Positions 39,401 to 49,800 of a stretch of DNA of 64,000 nucleotides are shown one piece after another (the stretch's first letter is position 1; every line of letters starts with the position of its first letter). The position numbers and the translations under genes are program-made. Origin of the DNA: Podarcis melisellensis (taxonomy: Eukaryota); NCBI GenBank assembly GCA_964234715.1, contig OZ174282.1; one strand, written 5' to 3'. The notes under the pieces were generated by a model. The model was given only the letters and a program-made list of their open reading frames with translations, had not been told where the DNA came from and did no database searches.

Positions 39401-42400
39401 GGGTCAGGCTGCCTCCCATCCCTCGTCCCCCACAGATCCTTGCAAAGTGCATTGGGAGAGAAAGGAGGCCTTTCTGTCCCCAAAGGCATCATTCTCTTGC
39501 TCTCCTGAGGCTGCTTAAAGCCCATGGCCTAGTCTACCATGCCTTGCTGGGTGGTCTGTTTCTGTTCCTGAAATGGGGGAAAGAGGTTGCTGCAGATTCC
39601 TCAGTTCTCTGGCTCCTGAGGAGGAGGCAAGCAAGCGTACTGGGGGCTTCCTTGGAGCTGCCCTCTATGACTGCTGCAAGGCCGAGGTTGAAAACAGGGG
39701 CTTGACTCTTCCTGATAAAGGTCAGCATATGGGAGCACAGCAAGGCAGTGGGTGGGCATTTGCATGGCACGCGCGCACGTACACACACACATGCACGCAC
39801 ACACATGCACATATAGCACAATGCAAGATGATGGTTTTAACTGATAAAAACCTAATCACCACCAGCCCTGTTTTCCAGCTCCCACTGCCTTCCCTGATAG
39901 CCTGAAGGGCTGCCTCAGAGCTCTGCATTGCTCCTCCCTCTGTGACTCACTAAAGTCCCAACTTTTGGAATCATTGCAACATATTTTCATCTGTGTTGGT
40001 TTGTGACAGAGGGGGTGGGCAGCTGTTGTCATTGGGTAGCTGGTTTTTTATTTTTGGAAGAAGACTTTTATGCACGAATGTTAGGACTATAGACAGTTGC
40101 CTAAATACACAGTCAGACCCTTCGTCCATGCAGCTCCGTCTTGTCTATGCACTGACTGGCAGTGGCTCTCAAGGCTTCACCTTTCCCAGCCCTCCCTGGG
40201 ATGACTCTGGGGTTGATGGTTCTCTGACAGGTGCAGGACGAGCGAGATGACCTGTACCAGAAATTTACCAAAGCCATTAATGAGGTGCAGCAGAAAACTG
40301 GCTTTAAGAACTTGTTGCTGGAGCGGAAGCTTCTCGGCCTCTCCAACATCCTGGAGAAGAAGGAGGTGCAGCTCAACGAGGTCCTGGCTGCCACCAACCT
40401 TGATCCCGGTGCTCTCAGTGTGGTCACCCGCAAGCTGGAGGTACTGTGCTTCTAATCACCATGAGGATTATAGAGAAGGTTTATAGATATTTTTCTAATA
40501 CCCTTCAGTTAAACAAACAGCTCCCAAGCCAGATGAGAGCAATCGGTCAGATTCCTTCTTGCTACTGTTTCAGATGGGGTTTGTCCTTGGGTTTCATATT
40601 ACCAAGATGGATTAGGCAAGATCTAGGTAAAACCTTGCAATGCACAGGGAAAAGGTGCACTGGCTAAAAGGGAGCTGCCAGGGGCTCACGGTGTGGGCAA
40701 GTGCAGGGAGTCATGCTTTAATAAGAGACTCTCATTCAGGGGCAATTAATAAATGTAGCCTGCACAGTATTTCAGAGGAGCTGCCCTTAGTTGTGCACAA
40801 GAGGCCCACAAGCATGAAAAGCCTTTGCCTCAGCCCTCCAAGCAATCAGAGCATGTACAGTAGTACCTTGGGTTACAAATGCTTTGGGTTACAAACGCTT
40901 TGGGTTACAAACTCCGTTAACCTGGAAGTAGTACCTCGGGTTGAGAATTTTGCCCCAGGATGAGAACAGAAATCGCACGCCGGCAACACAGCGGCAGCGA
41001 GAGGCCCCATTAGTGAAAGCGTGCCTCAGGTTAAGAATGTTTTGAGTTAAGAACGGACCTCTGGAATGAATTAAGTTCGTAACCCAAGGTACCACTGTAC
41101 CAACATTTCCATTTGCCAAGCAGGCTCTGAATGCACACGCACACAACTGGCCTCCAGTTGCCTCGAAGCTCCTGGGAGGTGTTTGTTTCCAGCAGCAGCT
41201 ATAGAAGTGAGTCACATGGGCAGTACTGTGGGCAGAAGGGACCCTCGCAGCAGTGACTGAACCAGTGGTGGGGTGAATTGCTCCACTGGGGATTGCTTTT
41301 CCTTCCTATCTGACCTGAGCCTCTTTCGTGCTTTCTTGGGACATAGAATGCCCAAGCAGTCAGCAAGTGTCTGTTGTGCTTCTGGCTGTGAGAATACACT
41401 TGGCACGAGGGTGCTGTGCCTGGGGAAATCTGCAGGAGCCAGATTGAAAGGGGAAGCTCCAGTGGTCAGAGACTTCAGTTTCTTTTCCTTCTGGCTGGTG
41501 GAGTTGGAAGAGATTCTACATGCAAATCTGCTGAACCTATGTGCCATTTATTCTGGTCCCAGAATCCGTTCAATACCCAGAACACATGTGCCCCTTTGCA
41601 GCATGTGAACTGTGTGAACTGAAGCGGCAATGTGCCCTCGTTGCCAGGGCGGTGTTTCCTGCTCTGCTGCTCAGTCTCCAGTGGAGATGGAAAGGGAGAG
41701 AGAGAATGAGCTCCTGGCTGCCTTCTCGGTTCCTTGCCTCCCTCCTCCTCTCCCTGCGGCCACTTGGGAGTGTCAGAATCTTCTAGGCACACAAGCGTGG
41801 CTTGGGGACTGCTTGCCACACAGCTTTCTCTCAACTCGTTCCACTCCACGGGGTTTCCCTGGTTGTTGATTTCCTAGCTGCCCGCTTTCTTTGCTAAGGT
41901 TGGGTTCTCTCTGACAGCACCCTGGTACACAGCAAGGCTATCTGCACTTTCAAAGCATTCCCCTGGCACATCAAGTTGTTTCTGGGGAGCAGGGGCTGCC
42001 CATCACGCTGCCAGGGCCCCTCCTCTCTGTGTTTCCAGCCCCAAGAGCCAAGGGAGGTTCTCCATCATAGGGACCTCTGTGGCCTCCTCACTCTTCAGGC
42101 TTCCTGTCCTGTCCAGTCTCTGAAATGCCTGATGGTATGGAAACAGAGTTATCTCCCGTGACTTGGCCTGCCTGGGAAGGGGGCTTAGTTAGCGGCTTCC
42201 ACATTCCAAGCAAGGCTGGCGCCAGTAACTGGAGATTCTTCCCAGAGGCAGCTGCTCCTTCCAGCAGGCCTCCCACATTCCTACCTTCAGCTGCTGCTTG
42301 CGCAGGAGGCACATCCACAGGGGATTCCCTGGGTATTGTAGCACCAGATCCTGTGCCAAATAGGGCAAAAAATGGCTTGGTGGCAGAAATGCCAGCCCAC

Positions 42401-43705
42401 AGCTCTCATCTCCCATTACTGGCGGGCAGCGCAGATGAGCCTTAATTTGAGTCACAAAGAGGAAATTGTGCAGGGAGGCAAGAGGCGCATTAGCTCCTGT
42501 TTGTAGATGGAGTGCTCCACTGTGATTGGTATGCCAAGTGTGGGATGCAGTACTGTATACAAAATTCAGCACCCATGAGAATCTCGGGTTTTACCTGATT
42601 TTGTAAAAGCAGGTTTCTAAACCTCATGGCCGTAGAGAGGCTTGGAAATACGTTGGCACTGCCTAATGAAATCATGGAAGCCAACCACAGACATATTAGG
42701 ACTTTCAGCATGCAGAATTTGCAGAAAGGAAAGAGCCAAGCACAAGACTGTGCTGCAGAAGGGCACTTAACTTTGCATAGGCCTGCCGTGGCCCATTAAG
42801 AAATGGCCAGAAGCTCTGGCTGGGCCTTGACTAGTCCCCTTGTGGGCCAGTTCACTTGCCTGATGTGTTAACACCCAAACAACCTTCCTTCACAGGATGT
42901 GCTGGATTCGAAAAACAATGCCATCAAGGACCTGCAGTATGAGCTAGCCAGAGTGTGCAAGGTAAGAGCTCCAGCTGGGGAGAACCCTGTAAATGTACTT
43001 GAATGTTGGAGCAAAATGTAGAGAGCAGGTCTCTTTAGACACAACCCAGGAAGGAAATATATTTTCCCTAGCAGTTGGCTTTTACTTATGCCTTGTTTGA
43101 AAGCCATTTATGTTAGCAGGAATTCACTATCCTGTGGCAGTGAGTTCCATAGGTTAATGCCAAGAAGTGTGAATAAGTACTTCCTCTGTCTTTTGTAATG
43201 CCCACTGCCTACCTATCTCAGTGAACAGCTGATGGGTTTGACAAATGTTGTACTAGCCATCGCTCCATCTGACCTACCAAGTTGCATCGTATTCACCCTC
43301 AGCCCCATTTTTCTGAGTTAACAAGTATGTTCTAAACATTTGTTCCTTGAGACGGTCTAGCCTGCAACCATTTTAGTTGGCCTTTTCCTGCTCTCTTGCA
43401 TCCTTTTGGAGAAATATGGATGCAGCCACCACTGCCATGGGTGCCTTGGGCTGGCTATTACCAAAGCATAGACAAGAGAAGTTGCTGTGTTATGGTATGT
43501 TATGGTATGTGATGTTTGATCCCTCTCCTCAACCTGCAATTGCCTCCCATTGCAGGCCCACAATGACTTGTTGCGGACGTACGAGGCCAAGCTCACAGCC
43601 TTTGGGATCCCTTTGGACAATTTGGGCTTCAAGCCCCTGGAGACCTCCGTGATCGGCCACACGCTGGGCCAGGGCCCTGCTGGGTTTGTCTCAACCCCCA
43701 CGTAG
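33264..43705 (+). CDS. GAS8: Growth arrest-specific 8 / dynein regulatory complex subunit 4 (482 aa), 11 exons
   Basis: Exons 33264-33266 (ATG only), 33783-33881, 34903-35100, 35711-35917, 36133-36187, 36949-37154, 37737-37904, 38717-38803, 40231-40440, 42896-42961, 43556-43705 (TAG); 1449 nt in frame. Translation MAPKKKG...[32 protein letters not shown]...[26 protein letters not shown] closely matches vertebrate GAS8/DRC4. Confidence 0.97.
40858..41097. mobile_element. Tc1/mariner (Tigger-like) MITE
   Basis: TIRs CAGTAGTACCTTGGGTTAC / GTAACCCAAGGTACCACTG; TA TSD at 40856-40857 and 41098-41099; internal 15-bp tandem TTGGGTTACAAA(T/C)GC. Confidence 0.85.
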
Positions 43706-43854
43706 CACAGCCTGACTTCATACTTTGGAATGCCTTCAGCCTAAGCCTTGTGTGCAAGCAAGCCACTGTCCCGCTCCTGCTGTGGCCGTAGAGGGGAGGG
43801 AGGGAGAGAGCAGCCCCCTGGAATGAGATTGCGTCTGCTCCAGCCCTCATTTGT

Positions 43855-43860
43855 ATTAAA
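43855..43860 (+). terminator. Candidate GAS8 polyadenylation signal
   Basis: ATTAAA 150 nt after the stop, followed by GT/T-rich sequence. Confidence 0.55.
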
Positions 43861-44481
43861 GAGGCCCTGTGGTGGGCTATTCAGTCTTCAGTCTCTGCAA
43901 AGCCTCCCTTTTTCTTTCCCACCCACGTCAAGGCAGAGCTTGGGGACTTGAAAAGCATCCTCCTCTTGATTAATGAGCCCCTGGAATACTTAATCCCACC
44001 TTATCTAGAGCCTCCAAAGTCCTCCACACCAATGTTGTGTCCACTCAAGCACCTCTGAAGAGCCTGGCTCCTGGATCCAGGCTAAAGGACTACCTGGTCC
44101 AGCATCCTGTTCCCCACAGTGGCCAAGCAGATGCCTCTGGGAAGCCCACAATCAGGACGTGAGTGCAGCAGCCCTCTCCCCACTCATATTCCCCAGCAAC
44201 TGAGGGAGCCCTACCTAATCAGTAGAGCACACGTGTGTCAAGGACCCAGACCCAATTCATGGCATCTCCAATTTAAAACAAGAGGCTTACAAGTATCAGA
44301 CTTTAGATTAATCTCACATTTACTGCACGGCAGCTACTCATGGCCAAGCCCCCAGCCAGAGGATTGGGCCAGAGGTGGCCGTGGATGTAACCACAGCTCT
44401 TCATCTGCTGGACTGCATCATCTCTCTCAGAACAGGCACCCCGGTTTGCTGAAGCAGCCCCTCCTGCTGGCCGGTCTCCCA

Positions 44482-45400
44482 CTAGCTTCCCCTGTAGGTG
44501 GTATAGGAATAAGGGCTGAGCAGCAAGGGAATATGCACTTTTTCTTCCTCAGTGATGGTGAAGACAATCTAAAGAGAGAGACAAGCAAGAGGATGTGTAA
44601 AGACAAGGGAGGGGGGAATAGCAGGAGGCTGGTAGTGCTCTTTGGTTTGAGATCCTTTCTTCGCTGCACTGGGCCTAGCCCATGAGAAGACATTTGTCAG
44701 GGGCCCAAATGCCTGGTCCAGAGCACCCTTAGTGCCCAGTCCTGGCACACTTCTGGCTTTGTGCTCTTTCAGGGATGTCCCATGCACATCTAGCTCTCCT
44801 ACCAACCACCTGGGCCTCTTCCTGCAGGTTTCTGAGGGACTTCACAGCGTGCAGCCTTCATAATGTGAAGTTTATGCTGATTTCTCCCATTTTCCAACGT
44901 TGTGCTTCTCCTGCCAGGAATTACATCCCTCAAAGGGCAATGAGTGGTGGTCCCTGCCATCATCAGTCCTCCCTATGTTGGAAGGAGCCTCCCCCCCCTT
45001 TCAGGTGTGAGTTTCATCTGGGAACCAAACTTACTTCCACATAAGGGTAAAAGCTGCTGTATCCTTGTTGCTCCCATTACTCCCTCGTCTCAAAGCGCAG
45101 CTTATAGGTGCCAGGTTTCAGCTCCCTGGGCATCGGGCTGTTTCTGTCCAAGCGCCCATCAGGATTTGTCTTGCTGGAACGGAATAAATGAGGCTGAAAC
45201 TGCAACGGCCCCAGCCCTACCGAGGGAGGGAGATTGTCCCGCTTCATCCCCTCCTACCTTCTCATGAGCTCTGCCCACGGACGTTGGGGATCCTCCAGCT
45301 TAGAGAAGTGCATGGCCAGGCCTTGGGCAGGGAGGCCAGTGAGCACGTTCAGTGCATGGACAGTCAGGAAAGCGTGGTGGACCTCATCTGAACTAGCCAC
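44482..45400 (-). pseudogene. URAH: 5-hydroxyisourate hydrolase (HIUase, transthyretin-like) exons with one in-frame TAA; probable 3' half of a cadherin-URAH fusion
   Basis: Exons 45400-45258 (VASSDEVHHAFLTVHALNVLTGLPAQGLAMHFSKLEDPQRPWAELMR), 45173-45035 (SKTNPDGRLDRNSPMPRELKPGTYKLRFETRE*WEQQGYSSFYPYVE) and 44568-44482 (IVFTITEEEKVHIPLLLSPYSYTTYRGS*). The HIUase His, DGR Arg, second His and C-terminal YRGS are all present. TAA at 45079-45077 replaces a conserved Tyr. Tail-to-tail position next to GAS8 is as for human URAHP. Pseudogene status is uncertain (single lesion). Confidence 0.9.
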
Positions 45401-46829
45401 CTGGGATTCAGAATGGAGAGCCGGGTGGAGCAAAAGCCTCTGTACGAGTTCCTCCCCCTCCCATTTTCCTAGGTCCACCAATTCCCAAAGGAAGATGTCC
45501 TTGCCACCCTCAGCAGCAGGCCCTTATTTTCCAAGCTCTTTCTTGCTGCCTTCAGCAGTTTTTCCTGTTTTTAAATGTTTGCTTTTTCTCCCAGGTGCTG
45601 TGTGCACGGGGGCTTTCTGTGAGGTGTTGTGGTTGTGGGGAGAGAGGGAGGACCCCACCCACTTCTCACCCATTCACCAGCTGTGTTTGTTCAAACTCTG
45701 CTGGCTCCTGGGTGAGGGGTTTTGTTGGGGGTGGGTGGGTTAAAGACAAGATGCCCTCGGCAGACCCTGCTTGCCTTCTGATGTCCGCACTGCCCATTCA
45801 TTTGCCCAAATTGTAGCCCTGCAGCTTGACATAGTGCCTGCCACTGTTTGTACAGAGAGGGCAGGTGAGCAAGTAATGAAGGTGCAGAGGAGGTTCAGGG
45901 GCAATGAAGGTCAGCAGTGGTCCCCACTGGCTGTGTCAGGATGGGCCTGGGCAGGTGCCTTACAACACCAGCCCCTTGACAGAAGCCCTGCCTGACAGAA
46001 GTGCATTCATCCACTCTTAAGCATGGCGGAGCAGTACTCCTGGGTTTCAAACAGAGGTCCTTCCCAGCCCTATCTGGAGGTGTTGGGGGTGAACCTAAGA
46101 ACACTGAGTTATGACCCCTCTCCACCCAGAAGGTGGGCCTGAACAATGGCAGCTCTGCTCCCTGTCCCATGTATGATTTCATTGCCTTCTTAAACATTTG
46201 ATCCCTGGCCACAGAGTTCCTTTACTTTCTGGCACATGCCATGAAACTCCCCAAGACAATCAAGAGTGTGGCATTCAAGCTTCTTGTTTTTCGTGAGCTG
46301 CAAGAAATATACATTCCCATCCCCTTGCCAAGTTTCCCAATGAAACACCAAAGCAGGAAGGCTGAGCCCACCCACCATCCTAGGATCTCTCACCACCTGG
46401 CGTCTCCCTCCTCCCTCCCTCTGTGGTAGTTGGTTTCTCTCATCCATTCTGGGGCATTTCTGATGCAGCCCCTTCTAACTCCACTTCCTACTTGCTTTCC
46501 ACTGGCAGGCTGCTTGTCTGTCATGACTCAGCAGAAAGTCTTAACCCTTTTGTTGCCACGAGGGCAGGCTCAATCGGGTGCCCCCTGAAAACATGAGAAA
46601 GGGGCCCAATTCATTTCATGGCAAGGGGGGAGGGTTCCATCTCCATCTCTACCCAGCCTAATCTGTAAAATATACATTTGAAGTTCTTGGGACTTCTCAC
46701 TGGAGTAAAATGCAGCAAGCATTTTGTGGGAGAACCAGCAATACTGTCATGCCCCAGCAAGAGCAAAAAGGAAGATACAGGAGCAGTTGCATGGTTACCC
46801 GAGAGTATTTGTGAGTTCCCAGTCCTTAC

Positions 46830-49800
46830 TTGGATCACTGCTGTTGCTGTAGTGCTAAGACCTTCTCCTAAGCAGTCTGTAGCCTGCAGGATCAGAGTGT
46901 ATTGGGGGGTTACCTGTAAACAAATATATCCATTAGCATTTGGGCAGAGGGGATCAAAGCACCTGAAGGCAAAGCAGTGTTGCGTAAGATCCTGAGAGCC
47001 CCACTGGCCATGTAACTCGAGGAAACTTCAAACTCACTAGGGTACTTCCAGATACAGCAAACTGAAATGGGACAAAGCTGTTATGCTAGACCAGGCACAG
47101 GCAAACTCAGCCCTCCAGATTTTTTGGGACTACAGTTCCCATCATCCCTGACCACTGGTCCTGCTAGCTAGGGATCATGCGAGTTGTAGACCAAAAACAT
47201 CTTGAGGGCCAAGTTTGCCTATGCCTATGCTAGACCACCCTTGTTATTAGGAATATGTGAAAAGAAAATTCTTCATTATTGCAAACCATACAGTTAAAGC
47301 ACATGACTTCCCCCAGAGAATCTGGGCAAATGTAATTTGCCCCTCACAGAGCTACAATTCCCAGTACCCTTGACAAACTGCAGTTCCCAGGATTCTTTGG
47401 AGGAAGTCATGTGCTTTATATGTGTACAGCTTATGTCCACTTCATCTTCTGTTTAGGGCAGCCCTCCAGATATTGGAAGGTGGCAGTCATGCTGTTCATC
47501 TGCTCCAGACTCAAAGCCTTCCCTCTTCTCTTTCAGAAATCCCTTGCAAGCCCCTCCCCATCCTGCTTGGTCCCCCTCCAGCTAGCCTCTAATCCACCAG
47601 TGCCTTATGGCCCAGTGTTTCCACTAGGAGTGAAGCACAGCAGCAGAGCCAAGGGTTGCCTCAAAGTGGAAATTTGGCATCTTTAATCATGCCCTCTCCC
47701 TACACAGCCAGGACCCAGCCACTTACCGTTCTGTCAAGTCCTGGTTTGTTCAAGCTGATGACCCCTGTTCTATTATCGATGGCAAACATTTGGCTCTGTG
47801 GCTTTGTGGGGGTCTGGATATCGAGGGAGTAGGTGATTACTCCATTGTAGGAATTCACAGCGTCATCTATGTCAGTGGCTGATACTTGTGTCACAAAGGT
47901 ACCTGGGTGCGTGTGCCACAAAAGTCCAAAGTTCAGCTTCTGAAGTGCATCACACACATACCCGCAACATAGCCGATCATCCCAGCTTGGAGGTCAAATT
48001 GACTCTGCCCCAGACAGCTCCGAAATTACCACTTAGCCTCTGAGTGAATGCAAACTGTGCAGCAGCTGGGTGCGATCTGCACTACTTTTATGCCAGTCCG
48101 CAAGTTATGGTGGGCTCAGTAGTGACCGCCCAGGCCATACAGATAGAAAAAAGCACAGTTAGGGGCCTGGGTTTTGCACACATTATACCCCCTCCCTTTG
48201 TGGGTGCTCCTTCCATAAAAAATGGGCAAAGGATATAGGCATTCAGAGGCAAATAGGGGTTTCCATACATTCAGTTCATGCATGTGCAACCAGACAGACA
48301 GACACGTACCTGGCGGGGCTCCTTCTGCTATGGAGCCATGGAAGATGCTCTGGGTAAAACGGGGCTTGTTGTCATTCTGATCAAGCACCTCGATGACGAT
48401 CTCTGTGGGGTTCCTCACAGGCTGCCCAGTTGCACTTACAGCGTGAAGAAAGAGCTGCAGAGCAAGCAGGGTAGCAATTGAGACACTCCCCAAAGCTGCC
48501 TCTCACCCTCCCAGACACCTTCCCACAAGAGTGTAGAGTTGCCCTTCTCTTCACACCAAGAGCACCCAGGAATTTACATTAGGGGCTAAAAAGTATTTAG
48601 ATACTGTATGCTGAGAATTCAAAAATGAAACTAAGCTGAACTTTCTCCTCCTTCCCATAAATAATGGTTGCTAATACTATTGCTTCCTGGGGATTCCCCA
48701 ATAACTGACATAAAGCAGCAGCAAACATGTGATTTCCACTCTTTCCCTGCCCCATAACACATAGCAGCCTTCCCCAACCTGGTGCTCTCCAGCAGTTTTG
48801 AACTACGAGTCCCATCAGCTCCAGCCAGCACAGCTATATGATGCTTGGGCTGATGGCAGCAGTAGTCCAAAGGATCTGGAAGGCACCCGGTTGGCAAAGG
48901 CAGTTTTAAGAGGTGCTGGGAGGTCCCAGGGTGACAGAAGCTAGCACAAAGGGACTTACAATGTATTTGTCTTTGGTCTCTCTGTCCAATGGCATGGTCA
49001 CCATCAGCCAGCCTGTCTCTCTTTCAAGGATGAAGATGCCTTGAGGAGGTCTGTCTGCACCAGTCCCAGTGACACTGTAGAAAGTCATGCCATCTTTACC
49101 TACCTGGTTGCAAATGAACATGTCAAAACTGAGAAGGTCTGTTTTCTTGTTGCCTCCCTCAGAGGTAGAACACAGAGAGGGATTCTGAGCAGATTCATAG
49201 GAGGAAAAGAAGTCCCCCGAGCATAGTGGTTCTGAGCTGTTCAAGGCAGATGAAGAGAAAGAGGCAGTTGCCCTCTCTGTCTATACCTGCAGCAGACGCT
49301 TGGGGTAGGGACCGATTCCATTCTCCATGACCAATATTGGAGGCAGAAGTTGCAAATCCCTTTTCTGCCTCTTCAGATCAAGTCTGGATTCTGGAAAGGT
49401 CAGCACTTCTGCCCAAGCAAATAGGAAGGAGACCTGCAAGGGGGAAAGAGAGTTGCATATTTATTTATTTTTTAAAAACCCTCATTCAGAGCCCAATCCC
49501 ATGGCATCTTCTATGTGAAGACAAGTTTGGCACTCCTTAAGATTTGTAGGGATCTCGGGACAGGACAGTGCTGAACCTCAGGATTCAGTCCTGGAACATG
49601 TGAAGGAAGACACGTCCTGGAATCTGGACACACCTCTATGTCAAGAGTATCTTCCTTCTATCTTAAATGTCAGTATTGGGTTTGCATTACTGTTATTTAC
49701 CTGAAGTCCTTTCACTTCATCTACCTGCCACAGGTAGCAACCAGTCTGTTTTGCAGCCTCCAATGAGCAGTAGTCAAGGGTAGAGCTGATGAGAGTGGAG

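Noticed and set aside
40870-40915. Short direct repeats TTGGGTTACAAA resembling an array or telomeric repeat
   Set aside because: Internal tandem duplication within a mariner MITE; no spacers, and the context is eukaryotic.
44482-45400. Calling the transthyretin-like exons TTR
   Set aside because: C-terminal YRGS, DGR and the catalytic histidines are HIUase signatures; the position next to GAS8 matches URAH.
45678-45707. Possible 30-nt phase 0-0 linker exon (EPAEFEQTQL) between cadherin and URAH
   Set aside because: Poor polypyrimidine tract and no homology support; not needed to keep frame.
46394-46447. Possible independent URAH first exon (MDERNQLPQREGGGRRQV|GTGAGA, phase 0, - strand)
   Set aside because: No PTS2 motif, no similarity to known URAH N-termini and no promoter signal seen. 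Cannot be excluded without RNA data; it is the main alternative to the fusion model.
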